Below, one piece after another: positions 1 through 14,221 of a stretch of 64,000 nucleotides of DNA. The number at the start of each line of letters is the position of its first letter. The first letter of the stretch is position 1. The notes beneath the pieces were generated by a model. That model saw nothing but the letters and a program-made list of their open reading frames with translations. It made no database searches and was not told the origin of the DNA. This stretch comes from Laetmonice hystrix (lineage: Eukaryota): the NCBI GenBank assembly GCA_965235115.1, contig OZ249436.1:6696001-6760000 (forward strand). Reading direction: 5' to 3'. The position numbers and the translations under genes are program-made.

Positions 1-2
1 GC

Positions 3-755
<753 letters not shown>

Positions 756-1099
756 TAGGTCACAGTTCCTTTCTCACCATAATTCACAGACCAATCTTCT
801 AACAGTTTGTCATGGGTAGGCAGTTCGGTTTACACGCGGTTATTAGAAAAAAGACGGTAGAATTAAACGTAATACCTCACGGATATCAAGGTGACATCAG
901 GTTTAACAAAAGCGCTCATGTCCATTAAAAAAGAGTCTGGGTCCTGCCAGCGTGCGGCGAGTGTTTGATTACAAGTCCTTTATGAAAGCGTGGATATCGT
1001 ATAACGTGCGCTGATTACACGGAGGTTATCACAGCCCACAGCTTCGTCTCATGTCAACGACTGTCTAGTCGACCCCAGATTCCACGTTTGTCGAGCACT

Positions 1100-1770
1100 G
1101 TTTTCAGTATCTAGGTGCCCGTTTAATTTGTCGACAATTTGAGCAGCCACTCTCATGTGATGCGGACAATAAGAAAGTGAAGTGATCAGCACGTAGATTA
1201 CGGCCAGCACATCTCCGCCCGTTCGGCTTCCTGTCCACACAGTAATCTTTCTCAAGTATCAGCGACGTGAAATGGTCGCCCAGTGGTGATTACTGGCGAC
1301 GGTCGCCAAGTCGCCGATAAGATCGGTCAACGGCAGCCGGCCAGGGCGGGCCAGATATATAGGTTCACGCAAACCTCTCGAGGTTACACATAGGTCCCCA
1401 CAAACCCCTCGAGGTTACACAGATTTCACTGGAGAAATGAGCTGATTTGTTTCTGTTCTCATTATGTATCCGACAATATATACGTGTAATATTACTGGTG
1501 TATCTAACATTGAGTGTAGTCCCCTCACCACACTGGCCTGCAGTAAGGACGACCTTATTGTCGCCCTGCTCTGACCGTCGTACGGTATCATGACTTCATC
1601 GAACAGTTTACGGCCTTTTTTCTGTCCTATATGTTGTGCACGAAGTAATGATCTTGATATAGACCTCGAGTGTTTTCGTAACGGATAAATCTTCATTGGA
1701 TTACTGTTACTCATGATCTTATTAAAGAGAAAACCTCCAATGTGTTGGTATATAAGCGGTTTATAATGAT
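1100..1770 (-). mobile_element. Decayed LINE ORF2 reverse-transcriptase relic
   Basis: By-eye motif match, in order: YKPLIYQHIGGFLFNKIM ~ YRPISLL...KLFEKIM; QHIGQKKGR ~ QHGFRKGR; YIVGYIMR ~ WI.SYL..R; then (1100-1240) GDVLAVIYVLITSL...MRVAAQI ~ GSVLGPLLFLIYINDL...VRLFADD. Confidence 0.55.
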
Positions 1771-3444
1771 AAATATTTGCGTGCATGCAGCACCTCCTCA
1801 CACGGGCGATAAGGCGTGCTCAGCGTCAGAGAATCCCGCCTTGTTTATACAGGATAGAGTAATGTGTGAAGTGTCCATCACGGGTTGGACTGTCACTGTA
1901 ACGACGAGAGACGACTGATGACTGACTGACCCGTGCCGAGCCGAGGACGGTCGGCAGGACTTGTTGCGATCGGTCACCCTGCATGATTACGTAGGAGAGT
2001 GGGTACACGGACGGGGTGATAGACATGGACGGCGGGGATGGCGGCGCCGCCCGGCCAACCACGGCCGGCCCCCCCCCGCTCGGCTAACCACGGCCGGCCT
2101 CCCGCTCGGCCAACCACGGCCGGTCGGCCCCCCAGTCGGCCCCCCGCCAACCGCCGCTATATACCGGCCCTCCACCACCTCGCCCTCCGATCAGTATCAC
2201 AAGCCGTGGACAGCCCGTGAATATCATTATTTTAAATGATTGCCGCGGACCAGGCAGTGATAGGTAAAAAAGTTGTTTTGGCCAGAATCTGTGTTGTATA
2301 TGCAGGTATAAAATGTCCGTCCCAATGGTAAATACTCCAAAAACTGACGACTCGTTCAGGTAGATTGCCAACCTGAAAGTCAAAGATCTTTATTCATCTC
2401 CAAATTCCAGTAGAATGTTTGGCGGGGTTTTACGAGTTGGGCTCGCACGAGGTGGCGCGGTGACCGAACCAATCCCAGCAATAATTGACACCACTTTCTC
2501 TCCTCTACAAACCATAAAATGTTGTGTGCCACCGTTGATCCGTGAAGTGAAATAACTAACATCAAGTTGTTATCGCGCAGTAAACGGCCCAGTCCCAGCG
2601 GTCATGATTGTGACTGGCCTCAACTACAGAGGTTACATATAAAGTGAAACGTAGAGTCTACGTGATGTGCTTTAACGTTGATTGCGGACATGGATAGGAC
2701 TGGTATATGAGAGAGAAACCTGCCTATATATCCAATACTTCCAGTCTTACAGTGTAGAGGACCTAGAAAGTTCAGCCGTAAAGTGACATGACTTTGAACC
2801 GTCCATCTCCCTGCACGCCATTTTACCGTCTCGCGCGCTCTAAGCGTTCACTTAATTACGAGAATGCGGCCAATTGGACCGAGAGATCAGTCGGTGCAAT
2901 CGAATGTTTCCATTACACGTCGTTCGGTTGTACGACTGTGTCCTACCTTGGCTTGTAGCGGGTCTCCGTACAGCCTACCGTTAGCGGGCGCCTGTCAACA
3001 CTGGCCCCGGCAGCTGTTAGTAGGCGTGCCCACGCTGTATGGACCCCCAACCCGAGCAGGTGCCCGATAAACGGAGACTGGTCATTCATTTAGTGTGAAC
3101 CTCATGCGGGTATCCAAGTTCGCTTATCTTGGAGGAAAAACTTCATAAATAAAACGTACGCCTTGTTTAAGCAGCCATTAAAGACTTATCCAGATCAGGG
3201 GCAATACATCACTGGAGTTGAGAACCCGGTGCTTATGTCTACAAAGTTATAAAAAAAAACATAATAGTAAGTGTGGGAAGTTGATAGAATTGAGAAATAT
3301 CTGTGTGATACTGAGACGTTGCTGCGTTGTACGGGATTCAGACGAGTAAACAGACCAGGTCTGACAACAGGGCAATGTCTCCCGATAAGACTCAACCCTG
3401 AGTACGATATCGTACGTCACACTGGGCAGCCGTAATCCGTAAAT

Positions 3445-3700
3445 GTGTTGGGCTTCCATGGTAGACAAACTCCAGCGCTCGCCCAATCCATCCTAGGTGA
3501 TGTAAGGTTGGACAAGTACCGTGGTTGTGGCTGTTGGCCAGGCATCCAGTCTGCCCACCCGCCGGCCGGCCGGCCACCCGGCCAGGGAGTGCAGACAGAT
3601 AGTCAGCAATATGATATATTACAGGGAACAGACCCAGCCCTAACTCCCTGGACATGGTGCTATAGGATACCATGTCAGAACTCCCTGGACATGGTGCTAG
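3445..3700 (+). mobile_element. Possible decayed LINE RT relic running into the 35-bp array
   Basis: VRLDKYR ~ VRLFADDTKIYR; DILQGTDPALTPW ~ EILQSDLDALTEW; TWCYRIPCQNSLDMVLG has the spacing of TWQLRFNPDKCKVMHLG. By-eye only. Confidence 0.35.
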
Positions 3701-4560
3701 GATACCATGTCAGAACTCCCTGGACATGGTGCTAGGATACCAGGTCAAAACTCCCTGGACATGGTGCTAGGATACCATGTCAGAACTCCCTGGACATGGT
3801 GCTAGGATACCATGTCAGGACTCCCTGGGCATGGTGCTAGGATACCATGTCAGAACTCCCTGGACATGGTGCTAGGATACCAGGTCAGAACTCCCTGGAC
3901 ATGGTGCTAGGATACCATGTCAGAACTCCCTGGACATGGTGCTAGGATACCATGTCAGAACTCCCTGGACATGGTGCTAGGATACCATGTCAGAACTCCC
4001 TGGACATGGTGCTAGGATACCATGTCAGAACTCCCTGGACATGGTGCTAGGATACCGTGTCAGAACTCCCTGGACATGGTGCTAGGATACCATGTCAGGA
4101 CTCCCTGGGCATGGTGCTAGGATACCATGTCAGAACTCCCTGGACATGGTGCTAGGATACCATGTCAGAACTCCCTGGACATGGTGCTAGGATACCAGGT
4201 CAGAACTCCTTGGACATGGTGCTAGGATACCAGGTCAGAACTCCCTGGACATGGTGCTAGGATACCATGTCAGAACTCCCTGGACATGGTGCTAGGATAC
4301 CAGGTCAGAACTCCTTGGACATGGTGCTAGGATACCAGGTCAGAACTCCCTGGACATGGTGCTAGGATACCATGTCAGAACTCCCTGGACATGGTGCTAG
4401 GATACCATGTCAGAACTCCCTGGACATGGTGCTAGGATACCGTGTCAGAACTCCCTGGACATGGTGCTAGGATACCATGTCAGAACTCCCTGGACATGGT
4501 GCTAGGATACCATGTCAGGCCTCCCTGGACATGGTGCTAGGATACCATGTCAGAACTCCC
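3642..4560. repeat. Minisatellite, 35-bp unit x ~26
   Basis: Unit TGGACATGGTGCTAGGATACCATGTCAGAACTCCC, near-identical head-to-tail copies, no spacers. Confidence 0.98.
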
Positions 4561-4720
4561 CATGCCCACAACCAAGCTGCCACTAAAGGAGGATGGAATT
4601 CTTACCACCGTCTGCCTCCATGATAAAGAACGATTGTAATAGCACCCAATGGCACAGTCTTTGCTGATATCTTTTGGACGATGATATTGTATATTTTATT
4701 ATATATTTATTTGATATGTT

Positions 4721-5150
4721 ACGTACACCATATTGCCAACATATATCTTGATGAATTACGACAGTGTACCTGGCTGATACACGTTGTGGGTACGTGAAAG
4801 GGTCTGTGTACACCTGGCTGATACACGTTGTGGGTACGTGAAAGGGTCTGTGTACACCTGGCTGATACACGTTGTGGGTACGTGAAAGGGTCTGTGTACA
4901 CCTGGCTGATACACGTTGTGGGTATGTGAAAGGGTCTGTGTACAGTATTTCCACACCGTTCGCCTGTACCTGGCTGATACACGTTGTGTGTACGTGAAAG
5001 GGTCTGTATACAATATTTCCACACCGTTCGCCTGTACCTGGCTGATACACGTTGTGGGTACGTGAAAGGGTCTGTGTACACCTGGCTGATACACGTTGTG
5101 GGTTCGTGAAAGGGTCTGTGTACAATATTTCCACACCGTTCGCGTGTGCC
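4721..5150 (-). mobile_element. Decayed LINE RT relic containing the 44-bp array
   Basis: GTRERCGN ~ GDRSDCGN (5125-5150); YRPFHVHTTCISQV ~ YRPISLTSCISKV (repeat unit); QYGVR ~ QYGFR (4721-4735), in the expected order. Confidence 0.5.
4764..5143. repeat. Minisatellite, 44-bp unit with a longer variant (~68 bp), ~7 copies
   Basis: Unit CCTGGCTGATACACGTTGTGGGTACGTGAAAGGGTCTGTGTACA; some copies add an ~24-bp GTATTTCCACACCGTTCGCCTGTA-type insert. Confidence 0.95.
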
Positions 5151-6231
5151 TGCTGCCGGGTTGCTGGCCGGTGTAGGATGGTGCCACGGTGTCCAGCGTA
5201 TTTTCAGATTAGCCGACCGGCTAAAGCTCTGATCGCAGCTTACTTCCTCCCAGTTGGCTAATACCATTGTGCTCTTTGGGATCAGACCGAAATTAATTTG
5301 CTATCGCGTGTCCGCGTCGTGCCGTGGCCTAATTAAGTGAAGGCGGGGTTGGTTAACTAATTAACTGAAGGCGGGGGTGGTTGGGGTGTGCAGTTAGAAC
5401 TGACGGACCACCCATCAAATACACCCGTGAGAGTGGGAGCCGGAAGGTGCTGGGTCCGTCTGAGGCAACACTGTGTGAAGGTGTCTGGGCCGGGTTAGAC
5501 CCCGGCATGGCGGCCGTCCATGTGGCCGGCCCGCCGCCCTCCCGCCCGCCGGTCCCACCGACCGACCGGCAGCGAGGACGGCCCAGTCTCCCGTCAATTG
5601 GTGCGGCTCGGCTCCAACATAAACACGGCAGCTATTATTTGATCAGCTCCGCCTTCACAGCTCTCGCCCCGTTAACACGTGCTCGGCGGAACTTTCCGCA
5701 AACGTTTACATTGGCTGTCCATCAAAAACCACTCGGCTTAGTGTGTGCCATACGGATCCCTATAACCCCCGGCCAGCCGTGTTTGGACCTACGGGCTCTG
5801 ATAGGCTATTAAGGCGACCGGGCGGTCCCGACTCCGGCCGGGCCAGGTTAGCAGACTGCCCGGTCATATTTATACGACGACCACCGTACCGGTCAGACAT
5901 CGACCTGGCTAGAAGTAGAACACCTCCCTGTACGACTGCCTGCACTGTTTAGTTTTCCCATTACAGGCAATTCACTGAATCGAGGCCACACATGCGCGCC
6001 GATTTTCGGTAATGAATGCAGCTCAAACAGGCCTTAAGAATAAGCCAGTAAATAATAAACCAGGCTGACTTTAGCGATCGTGTAAACAAACAGCCCCGGC
6101 TGGTTTACCTAGCCTTTGTGTTGGGACTTGTCAGGGACGTCGAGGGGCGGTCTGGTGGAGGCTACTGCCGCATACTTGATGGCCACATCGCGTCGACTAG
6201 GCGAACGTCGCGCGACACTTTCAGGAGCCGT

Positions 6232-6380
6232 GTGGGTCCTCAGTTTGTTGACATCTGGGACAAGGACAGGGCCCTATTGACTGTGCCTTGATGAGAACAT
6301 GGTTTGGACATTACATACTTAGCAGACGATAAGCAACTGCTCATATTTAGAGCTGCTATATTCAGCGCGGCATCGACTTT
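6232..6380 (+). mobile_element. Weak LINE RT relic candidate
   Basis: VGPQFVDIWDKD ~ LGPLLFNIYIND, then EHGLDITYLADDKQLLIF ~ KHGLNFHFYADDTQLYLS, with two stops between. Confidence 0.3.
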
Positions 6381-7308
6381 GAACAGGAATCAGTGTTGAT
6401 AGCCTTTGAGCAGTCTCTACTCGGCCCCATCACGAGCGAACAGACGCAGTGGTAGTCTGAAATGTTTTACAAGTATACTGCAGAGTCCCCTAGCCAAAAT
6501 GACCCACATTCGAATCATAAAGTAATCATATACACATTAATCTGCAAATATAAATATTTTAACACAGTGAAGCGAAATAAAAATACGGAGGTGATCTTGA
6601 TAACATTGAGAATAACTTACCCAGAAAAAGGCCCTTTCCCTCAGGGTTATGCCTCTATGCATGGGTCGATATTTGTTTTTTCTCTCTATGAACCAGCAAA
6701 GTATCAAAACATTCTCTTTACGTCTGAAAAAGAAATCCACTTCCAACGCTCTTCTGGTGTTGGGTCTTAGTGTGTGACCCCTAACGTTATAAATCCACAC
6801 CTTTTTCTGGGATGGGGGGGGGGACCCTTGGCCGAGTCGGCTTCATGCAGGGCACTCCCCATATGGTGGGAGGGTGCGAGGGTGGACCAGGCGCGGCCAC
6901 AGCCTTCTGACTCCCTCCACCCTAGGGGTAGTTCACCCCCGGCAAACTACTCAGTGTGTGCGTTATGATGCGTGAGGGGTGGGGTAAGTGAATGGGGTGC
7001 ATGTGTGGAGGCAGGGGGTTCTCGTAGGGTCCGTTCTGCCCTAGATGTCTCGGTTGACTAAGTGTTGTTAGCCCTGCCGAGGGACGCTGTGAGGGGTATG
7101 AAGTTATAGTCAGCACGTGTAAAACTTCAAAGTGGCAGACGTATTCCTGTTGTTATACGAACATTCTACCCTCTTTAGATGATACCATTACATCGTTATA
7201 ACGGAGCCCGCCATGAGAAATAAGTACTGATGTCCAGAACGATTTCATCACCTTATTCTCAGTAACAAACTCCGGGCGTGTATCACCAAATACCCGCAGT
7301 GTATACAT

Positions 7309-7496
7309 CGTCTCCCTCTCTATGATCTTCACCTTACACGCAGAAAGTACTTAGAACCGTCTCCCTCTCTATGATCTTCACCTTACACGCAGAAAGTACT
7401 TAGAACCGTCTCCCTCTCTATGATACACGCAGAAAGTACTTGGAACCGTCTCCCTCTCTATGATCTTCACCTTACACGCAGAAAGTACTGAGAACC
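7309..7496. repeat. 49-bp tandem repeat, ~4 copies (one internally deleted)
   Basis: Unit CGTCTCCCTCTCTATGATCTTCACCTTACACGCAGAAAGTACTTAGAAC. Confidence 0.95.
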
Positions 7497-8073
7497 AAGA
7501 ACTTTTTCCTTTCTTTTTTTCATGACGAGTTACTGATATATGACATTCTAAAGTAGATAACGACTGATAAAGAAAAAGTGTATCTCAGAGTCATTAAACT
7601 TGCTAACTGCACGGGGTCTGGGGTAAATGTATATTCTGGTTGATGGGGTACTCTTCGGTTATAGGTGGCCCCTGAACGTCGCTTTAAAAACGTCTTTCTT
7701 TACACCAGATAGTTAAAGTCGCGGTGAGATTTCAAGTCCATTTACCGAGTACATTCAACTGTGAAGACTTGAGAAATTCATAAGGCACTGCCCCGCTTTG
7801 ATGTCGGTAATTATCTGGGGGTGAAGAAAGGAGCCACCTAAATCAAACTGCTAAACTCCCACACTGACCGTTTGATGACCAGACATTACAGTGGTCTATA
7901 CTCGCCCTGCTATGGATAGACATCTCGGTCGTTATCGGCTCACAGGGGACGCGGGACCATTGCTGGCGTTCATTTGTTACCATTACCACCTACACAACAA
8001 TGTATGTTGGCTTTGATGACATTCTTATTGCCCTCGCCGATCTCATTGGTGTGCCGTCCCGCGGACCAGATGA

Positions 8074-8171
8074 CAAGGCACACCTTGTCTTGATGAGGCG
8101 TCTACCTGTAATGATGAGGTCACAAGGCACACCTTGTCTTGATGAGGAGTCTATACCTGTAATGATGAGGT
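8074..8171. repeat. ~50-bp direct duplication
   Basis: CAAGGCACACCTTGTCTTGATGAGG...TACCTGTAATGATGAGGT present twice. Confidence 0.85.
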
Positions 8172-9145
8172 TATTTGTCTCCCGGTGGAAAGGTACGACC
8201 ATATACATCTAGCGGTAATATTACAACCTTTATCAGGGACAGAAGAACCGCTGGAGGTACAATGTTACATCACACAATCTCCTCAGGTGTTCGGTCCCCT
8301 CCCAACCTTTTCTTTCTCCTTCCTCCCTTGTACACCCCCCCCCCCCTTCCTTCATGTATCCCCCCTCCACCTTTCCTGCGTTATACCAGGTCCGTCTCCA
8401 CAGCAGCTCGGGCCAGGGAGGGTCGTCACCGGACCCCGAGCAAACGGACATTGACTGTTTGCCCAGGGTATATGGGCCGGCGGTCGGGCACAAAGGACGG
8501 CCGGTCGGGACGGCTTACCGTGCCGGTCCCATGTAACCTGATCGGTACAAACAGGGTGCTGTCCCGGCAGCCGCTAACCCCATGCCCGTGTCCTACCATC
8601 AACTGGACAAACTGGGACTGGGTCGGAATATGTACTCCGTAAACCCCAATCCTATCTCCCTGAGGGGGTTGCTGGTGTAGAAACATACTTAAAGGAATAC
8701 TAGGGAATACAGGGCACTTACGCACGTCTGTAAGTGGTAAGTTTCAATAGATGGAATATCTGAGTAGGTGAGTGTCACAATAGAATTAAGTGGTACTATA
8801 GGCCGGTATGATACTAGTACATGTTAGAACTCGCCCTTGAAAACGTCCACTCCTGCGTGTCATGAGGAATGTGAAGATGGTCATGGCTTTAACTATTTTA
8901 GCGATCGTGAAATAATCTACAACCCCCACCCCACCCCGCCCCCTCACCCACACCTCACACCCCCAGCATGACGAGCGCCTTCAAAATAACGACCGACGCG
9001 GCTGCCGCTTACCGCACATGGAGGTTGAGCAATTCGTCGTCACTTACATTACCACACGGGCCTGGCTGCCACGGCGGGCTCCGACCAGACGAGATGTGAG
9101 GCGGCCCGGCCAGCCGCACGCGCCACGCCGAAATGCCGACTTGTC

Positions 9146-9250
9146 ATGATCCCCGCCGGAACCCGTGTGATGTGCGGGACGAGTTCCAATATGATACATA
9201 TCACGATAGCCGGTCACAACTTCCCTGACACCCAGACACTTAGCGGCGCC
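9146..9250 (+). mobile_element. Decayed LINE RT fragment (thumb region)
   Basis: IPAGTRVMCGTSSNMIHITIAGHNF ~ IN.SKTKVM.......ITI.GH.L. Confidence 0.4.
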
Positions 9251-9399
9251 GGGGAAGCTGCAGGTCAGAGCGCGGTCTCACGCCAGGCAAGCCTCATCCC
9301 CTCCCGATCCACCATAGATCCATCCGCAAGCACGTCAAAGTCGTCAATAAGGTGATATACGTGTGAACAACCCTCTAACTGCTTCCTCGTGCAGTAACT

Positions 9400-9492
9400 G
9401 GCTGTGTTAAACTCGAGTCAGGCTGTGTTAAACTCGAGTCAGGCTGTGTTAAACTCGAGTCAGGCTGTGTTAAACTCGAGTCAGGCTGTGTT
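9400..9492. repeat. 21-bp tandem repeat x ~4.4
   Basis: GGCTGTGTTAAACTCGAGTCA, perfect copies. Confidence 0.96.
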
Positions 9493-12400
9493 TTATGTTG
9501 TGTTTTTACCCTCCAGCCATTTCTTTTTTTATTTCTCTTCCTTTTAAAGGAAAAAAACTTATATGTGTAGTACTTAAAGTTCATGACCCATGTGGTACGT
9601 GTTCGGCCTGTACTATAGATGTGGACGTGATGTCCAGCCATGACAAGGACGTCCAGTAGTCGTCACTGTAGCCCAGACACATCCCCTTTAAGACACATTG
9701 TCATTGTGAGATCCAGCGCCTTGCACGCGGCTGCTGCTGTCACCTCCATCTCCCAGCCGTGGGAGCCGTGCAAGATGCGCAGACACCTGTAGGAGTGCCA
9801 TCTCACAGAGGTCTATCAGTGCCAATCGGCTATTAAGCCAATCAGGCTTGGCCTGCCGCATCAAATCGCCGAAAATATCCGTCAGACATCGATAGTTTAA
9901 TGAAATTTGCCCGTCGAGCGCGGCGCCTTACCCGCCAATATGGCCTCAGAGGTTCTCGGTCGTCTGCTGCGTTGTGACGTGGAATAGCTGAGAGCGGCAT
10001 GCTTCAGTCACAGAGGAGGACTCGGGGCTCCAATACACCAATTACCGCCCCCAGAAAAGGCGTTGAAAGGATGCGTGGAGAATTCGATTTGTACTCGAAT
10101 CTCGCCAAGGGAGGGAATTGTGCATTGATCGACGTTTCGCCCTATCTTTGATCCGGAGGAAGTTCTTTCGGCAGCTGAGAACGAAATCTTGTCTAGAATA
10201 ATTGGTGGCCTTAGAAAATGGTACTCACTTTCCTTTACTGTGAGAAGTCATCAATGGTTAATTGTTTTTGTGCTATAATAGTCCTCTCAACATTGACACG
10301 AGAGGATTAAAATACCGCGCTCTTCATGGGGCTAAGGTCAGCGGGCATGATGGCATTTCTATCCTATCGTTTCGAGAGGGACGGTTTCGATTTTAATCGA
10401 GTAGCTGACAAAGCCGCCATAGGTCATATAAACCTTGAAAACAACGGGTACGAGGGCAAATAGTTTTGCTTGAAGATATTTATCATTTAGAAGTACCTGC
10501 CCCCAGCCTTTGACAACCGTTGCTGCCTCCTACTCCACAGGGTCGCCAGTCCCACTTCCAAGTGTCGCTCGACATCCTTTGCATGTCCGATTTTCCAGAG
10601 AAGGTTGTCGGGGACGCCCCCGTCCCTGCCCTCAGTACGTATGTTGATGGGGCGTGGTCTCCGACCTAATTGGGCCACGATTGTGAAAGGGCTCTCTATG
10701 CTGCCGTCTGTATCAATCTGCTTAGTGGAGGCAGCGAACCAGCCTTCAGACCATGGGCAATGGAGCGTGGAGGACGGAGTACTAGACCAGTGTCAGTCTA
10801 CAAGTGTCTCTCGGTCAACGGAAGGTGTGTTTGACAAGCAGTGCTTCAGTCCGCCTTCCTCTTGCTTACCCAGACTCTGCTGACACAGCTCAGCATCGAG
10901 TCAAGCAGAAAGGGTCAACTCCACCCACAGCTAACCTCCCCTCGGCCCTTACCCTACTTGATTCATATCAGGAAGTCATGCCTATATACTAGTCTAGTAC
11001 CTTGTACATGTCAGAAAAAAAGAAATGAAAAAAGGGCCACAATGAACATCAAACCTTGTGTAGACAAGACAAGTATATATCAACTACTTTGCTCAGCGAT
11101 CCTTGTAGTTTTCTTGCCAAGTGTTCTGTCTGCGATTTTTCTTTGATCTGGCTCGAGACTGGTAGCTATCAACATAGCAGGTCACAAGTATGTTTGGCGG
11201 CCAGGGTACCGGGAGACTATCTTAGTGCCCCTGTGTTCACCCATAACACTTCATGAATATGTTACTATTTCATGAATATGTTACTACTTCATGAATATGT
11301 TACTGGACTTCTACCCTTGAGGGAAGTCTCCATTCTACAAGCCAGCCCCTTGAATGACAAGACTTTGTTCAACAAGTACAATTACCAAGGCTAGTTATTA
11401 TTAGACGTAACACCAGGGACCACAGTGAACACACACACATCCTGACTGTACGACTATACCAGACAATTAACCCTTGATTGGCCCTGACCCTGGTTGAGGT
11501 CAGCAAGCCGTGGGAGGGGGTAGGACAGGAGGCCGGCTGTACTTCCCTCTGCTACTGTCCATGTATAGGTCAGCTGTTCCTACTATCATGTTTCTCTCGT
11601 TTTCTCCGACTTCCTCGCAACGACACACAAAGGCTGCTAGCCACAGATGGGGAGTGAGGGCCATATATCACACAGGACGCGGCGCTGGCCTCCCCAGCGT
11701 CTGCCGGGAACGCAGATGAGCTTTTCTAGGACAATGGAGCGATGCCAAGTTCTAGGAAGGTACAACAAATAGTCGGGTTCTGGCGACGTCGTCGTGCGGC
11801 AACCTGGCCGGCAGTGTACTAAGGTTTCATTGACGGTAATGGGGCGATGAACTCCTCACGTCTTTGTATCGGGCACTCTATTGTGAGGTTTAATGCTGGA
11901 CTGAGCACAATACGTTCGGCCTCGTCCCTGGTAGATTATCAAAAAATAGATCTCTACATAGACGTTCACACGATGCAGGCATCATTGTTCCTGCTGTCCG
12001 TGGGTAAATAATGAACAAAAACCACATTGATCATGTCGTCAATGCCTGATGGACAGGAGGGGATCTACCACTAATAGCATATGACAACATTTTGCACGGG
12101 TAAATAGCGACTCCACGCGTACAGAATGGCTGTGTCGTCAGAAAGTACGCACTGGCGTGCCTGGCCTTGCCACGAGCCATGCATTAATAATTACCCCCCG
12201 TTATTTAGTACAAAGGGAACCCCTTGAAATCGACCTGTCAGTGCCGAGGAGATGGCCCCAGGCCAGTACTGCCTTCAGCTCTGGTCATATCCTTCACGCG
12301 GTCGTTCTCTTTGATCGTAATCCTTGCTGGGCGCGATGCCTTAATAGTTGGATCGAGCGTGGATCACCAGCTCAATCCAGCTCAATCCAGCCTCCAGGAC

Positions 12401-12827
12401 TCAGGTGAAATACGATCATCTGTGCGGCCATATCCTCATCACCTTCCTGGTACCGACACGTGCCGACACAGGCCCGCCTTCTCCCTTCATCAACATGATG
12501 CAGCGGGCCAATTTATTCCCTACCTCTCCCAGTGCCACCAATAACAGCACAGCTAAAGCCTGAATTATCCCCTATTGAAAGCAATGGCGGCTTTCTCGCA
12601 AACAATGCTAAATGACTCGCTGTTACATAAAAGCCCTAAACGGGATGCAATGAAAAGGCAGCGTTCTGTTCGGATTGATCTTATTCCCAGTGCCTTTCTG
12701 ACTAATAGGTCATGAACCATAATCCCGTGTGCTACCAATGCCGAGCTAGTGCCAGAAAATGTTTGTACCAAGGCCCATTTAAAACTGCATGATGCTCTAC
12801 TTCCAGCTTTTTAATATTGCTTTGCAT

Positions 12828-13070
12828 AATATTGGGCCCAAAGGACCCTGATTACAGGATTCAATCTATTTGAAAGCTCCGTTCCTTCCATGGCATTGCT
12901 CATGATTCGTGCACTACTTTTAAATCTGAACCCTATGTGAATGCATCAGTTAGACTTACTCCCAGCCGTTATACTCTGTGCCAAATGTGGTCTCCTGCTG
13001 CTGTGTAAAATAATTTGATGAGTTATCAAATATGGTTAAAGCTTTGGCCTAGCTTAGTAATATTGATCTT
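12828..13070 (-). mobile_element. Decayed LINE RT relic
   Basis: SILLS*AKA ~ AIFLDLAKA; after a frameshift NHI**LIKL ~ NH.ILL.KL; QGPLGPIL (12828-12850) ~ QGSVLGPIL about 65 codons downstream. Confidence 0.45.
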
Positions 13071-14221
13071 GTTGAAATCACCCACGACACCCACATTATG
13101 ATGTATAATGTGTTATTGTGTATATAGTAGACCGGACTTGTCGTTATAACGACTGGCTTATTGCGTATCTCTATGTATTGCGTATCTCTATGTATTGCGT
13201 ATCTCTATGTATTGCGTATCTCTATGTATAAACCTTGGAGCTGATCTGGTCATTCAGTAATGGCCATTCGTAATTCGTCTAAGAAAATATACCAATGACG
13301 TAAAGTTGGATAACCGCACTGCCAATCAGACGTGGAGACGTGGCACCCCTTGATTCCCCAGCATCAACCTATTAATAGCCGAGGCGTCTGCAATGATTAG
13401 CAGGCGATCCATGACTGAGATATAACTATTGGAGGCGCCTTGCTCTTCTAGAGCCGAGCCAACTCAATGAGAACTATTACTAGTCTGGCAGTAACACTGA
13501 CTGCCCACCGTACAAGTGTCAGTTTAGTCTGTTGACCTGCAAGCAGATGTTAATCGCTTTCATTCGTCCGCCAGCGAGGCCAGCCGATAGTCATCGAGTA
13601 GATAACTCTATACGGATAGCTATCACCAATCTTGCTACAGCAGAATTCAAGACAAAATCTAAACTGGGATTATACATTGAGATACCGGTAATAGACGGAG
13701 CAACTATAATGATCATTTGTGTGGATGGCTTCGGTCGACAGGGTTACTCGGGCAGGGCGCCCGGTGGCTGACTATCCTCGCCAAAAATATTTCAACGATC
13801 ATAATCTCTACGACGGCTCCGGCGGCAGACAGGCTAATCTTAGCAACATTTCGCTCAGCTAACTTGTTACGTTTCTATGGGCGGCGGTGGAGTCTGCCAC
13901 GTAGAAAATTGTATTAGAAAAATTGGTTTAAACGCTGACACGGCGGGCTGGCAGGAGGCGCTGTCGTAATCACTAGGGTAATTAAGGTGCTGGCAGCACG
14001 TCCGCCTGAGGCGCTGTAAGGAGGGGCGGGACGCCTCACGGGGATCCACCTCACTGGGCGTGGATCTCTGCAAGCCCCCTCAGTCGGCCATCAGCTCCGT
14101 GATGAACGTGATAAAGGTGATGAAACTCCACTTGTTGTCGGCGGCACGTTAACACGATCGTTGTGCGTGGATCAGTGTTAATCCCACTGCATATGGCAAC
14201 AAGAAGGAACGTGACGACTGT

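Noticed and set aside
3642-4560. CRISPR array (35-bp palindromic repeat)
   Set aside because: Units are head-to-tail with no unique spacers, there are no cas genes, and it lies in a spliceosomal intron.
10487-10883. Overlapping 63- and 92-aa ORFs on opposite strands
   Set aside because: No motif series I could align; treated as unassigned.
12090-12250. Integrase-like H*QVDFKG...YFLTTQPFCTRGVAIYP on the minus strand
   Set aside because: Several stops, wrong spacing, and no D,D(35)E continuation visible.
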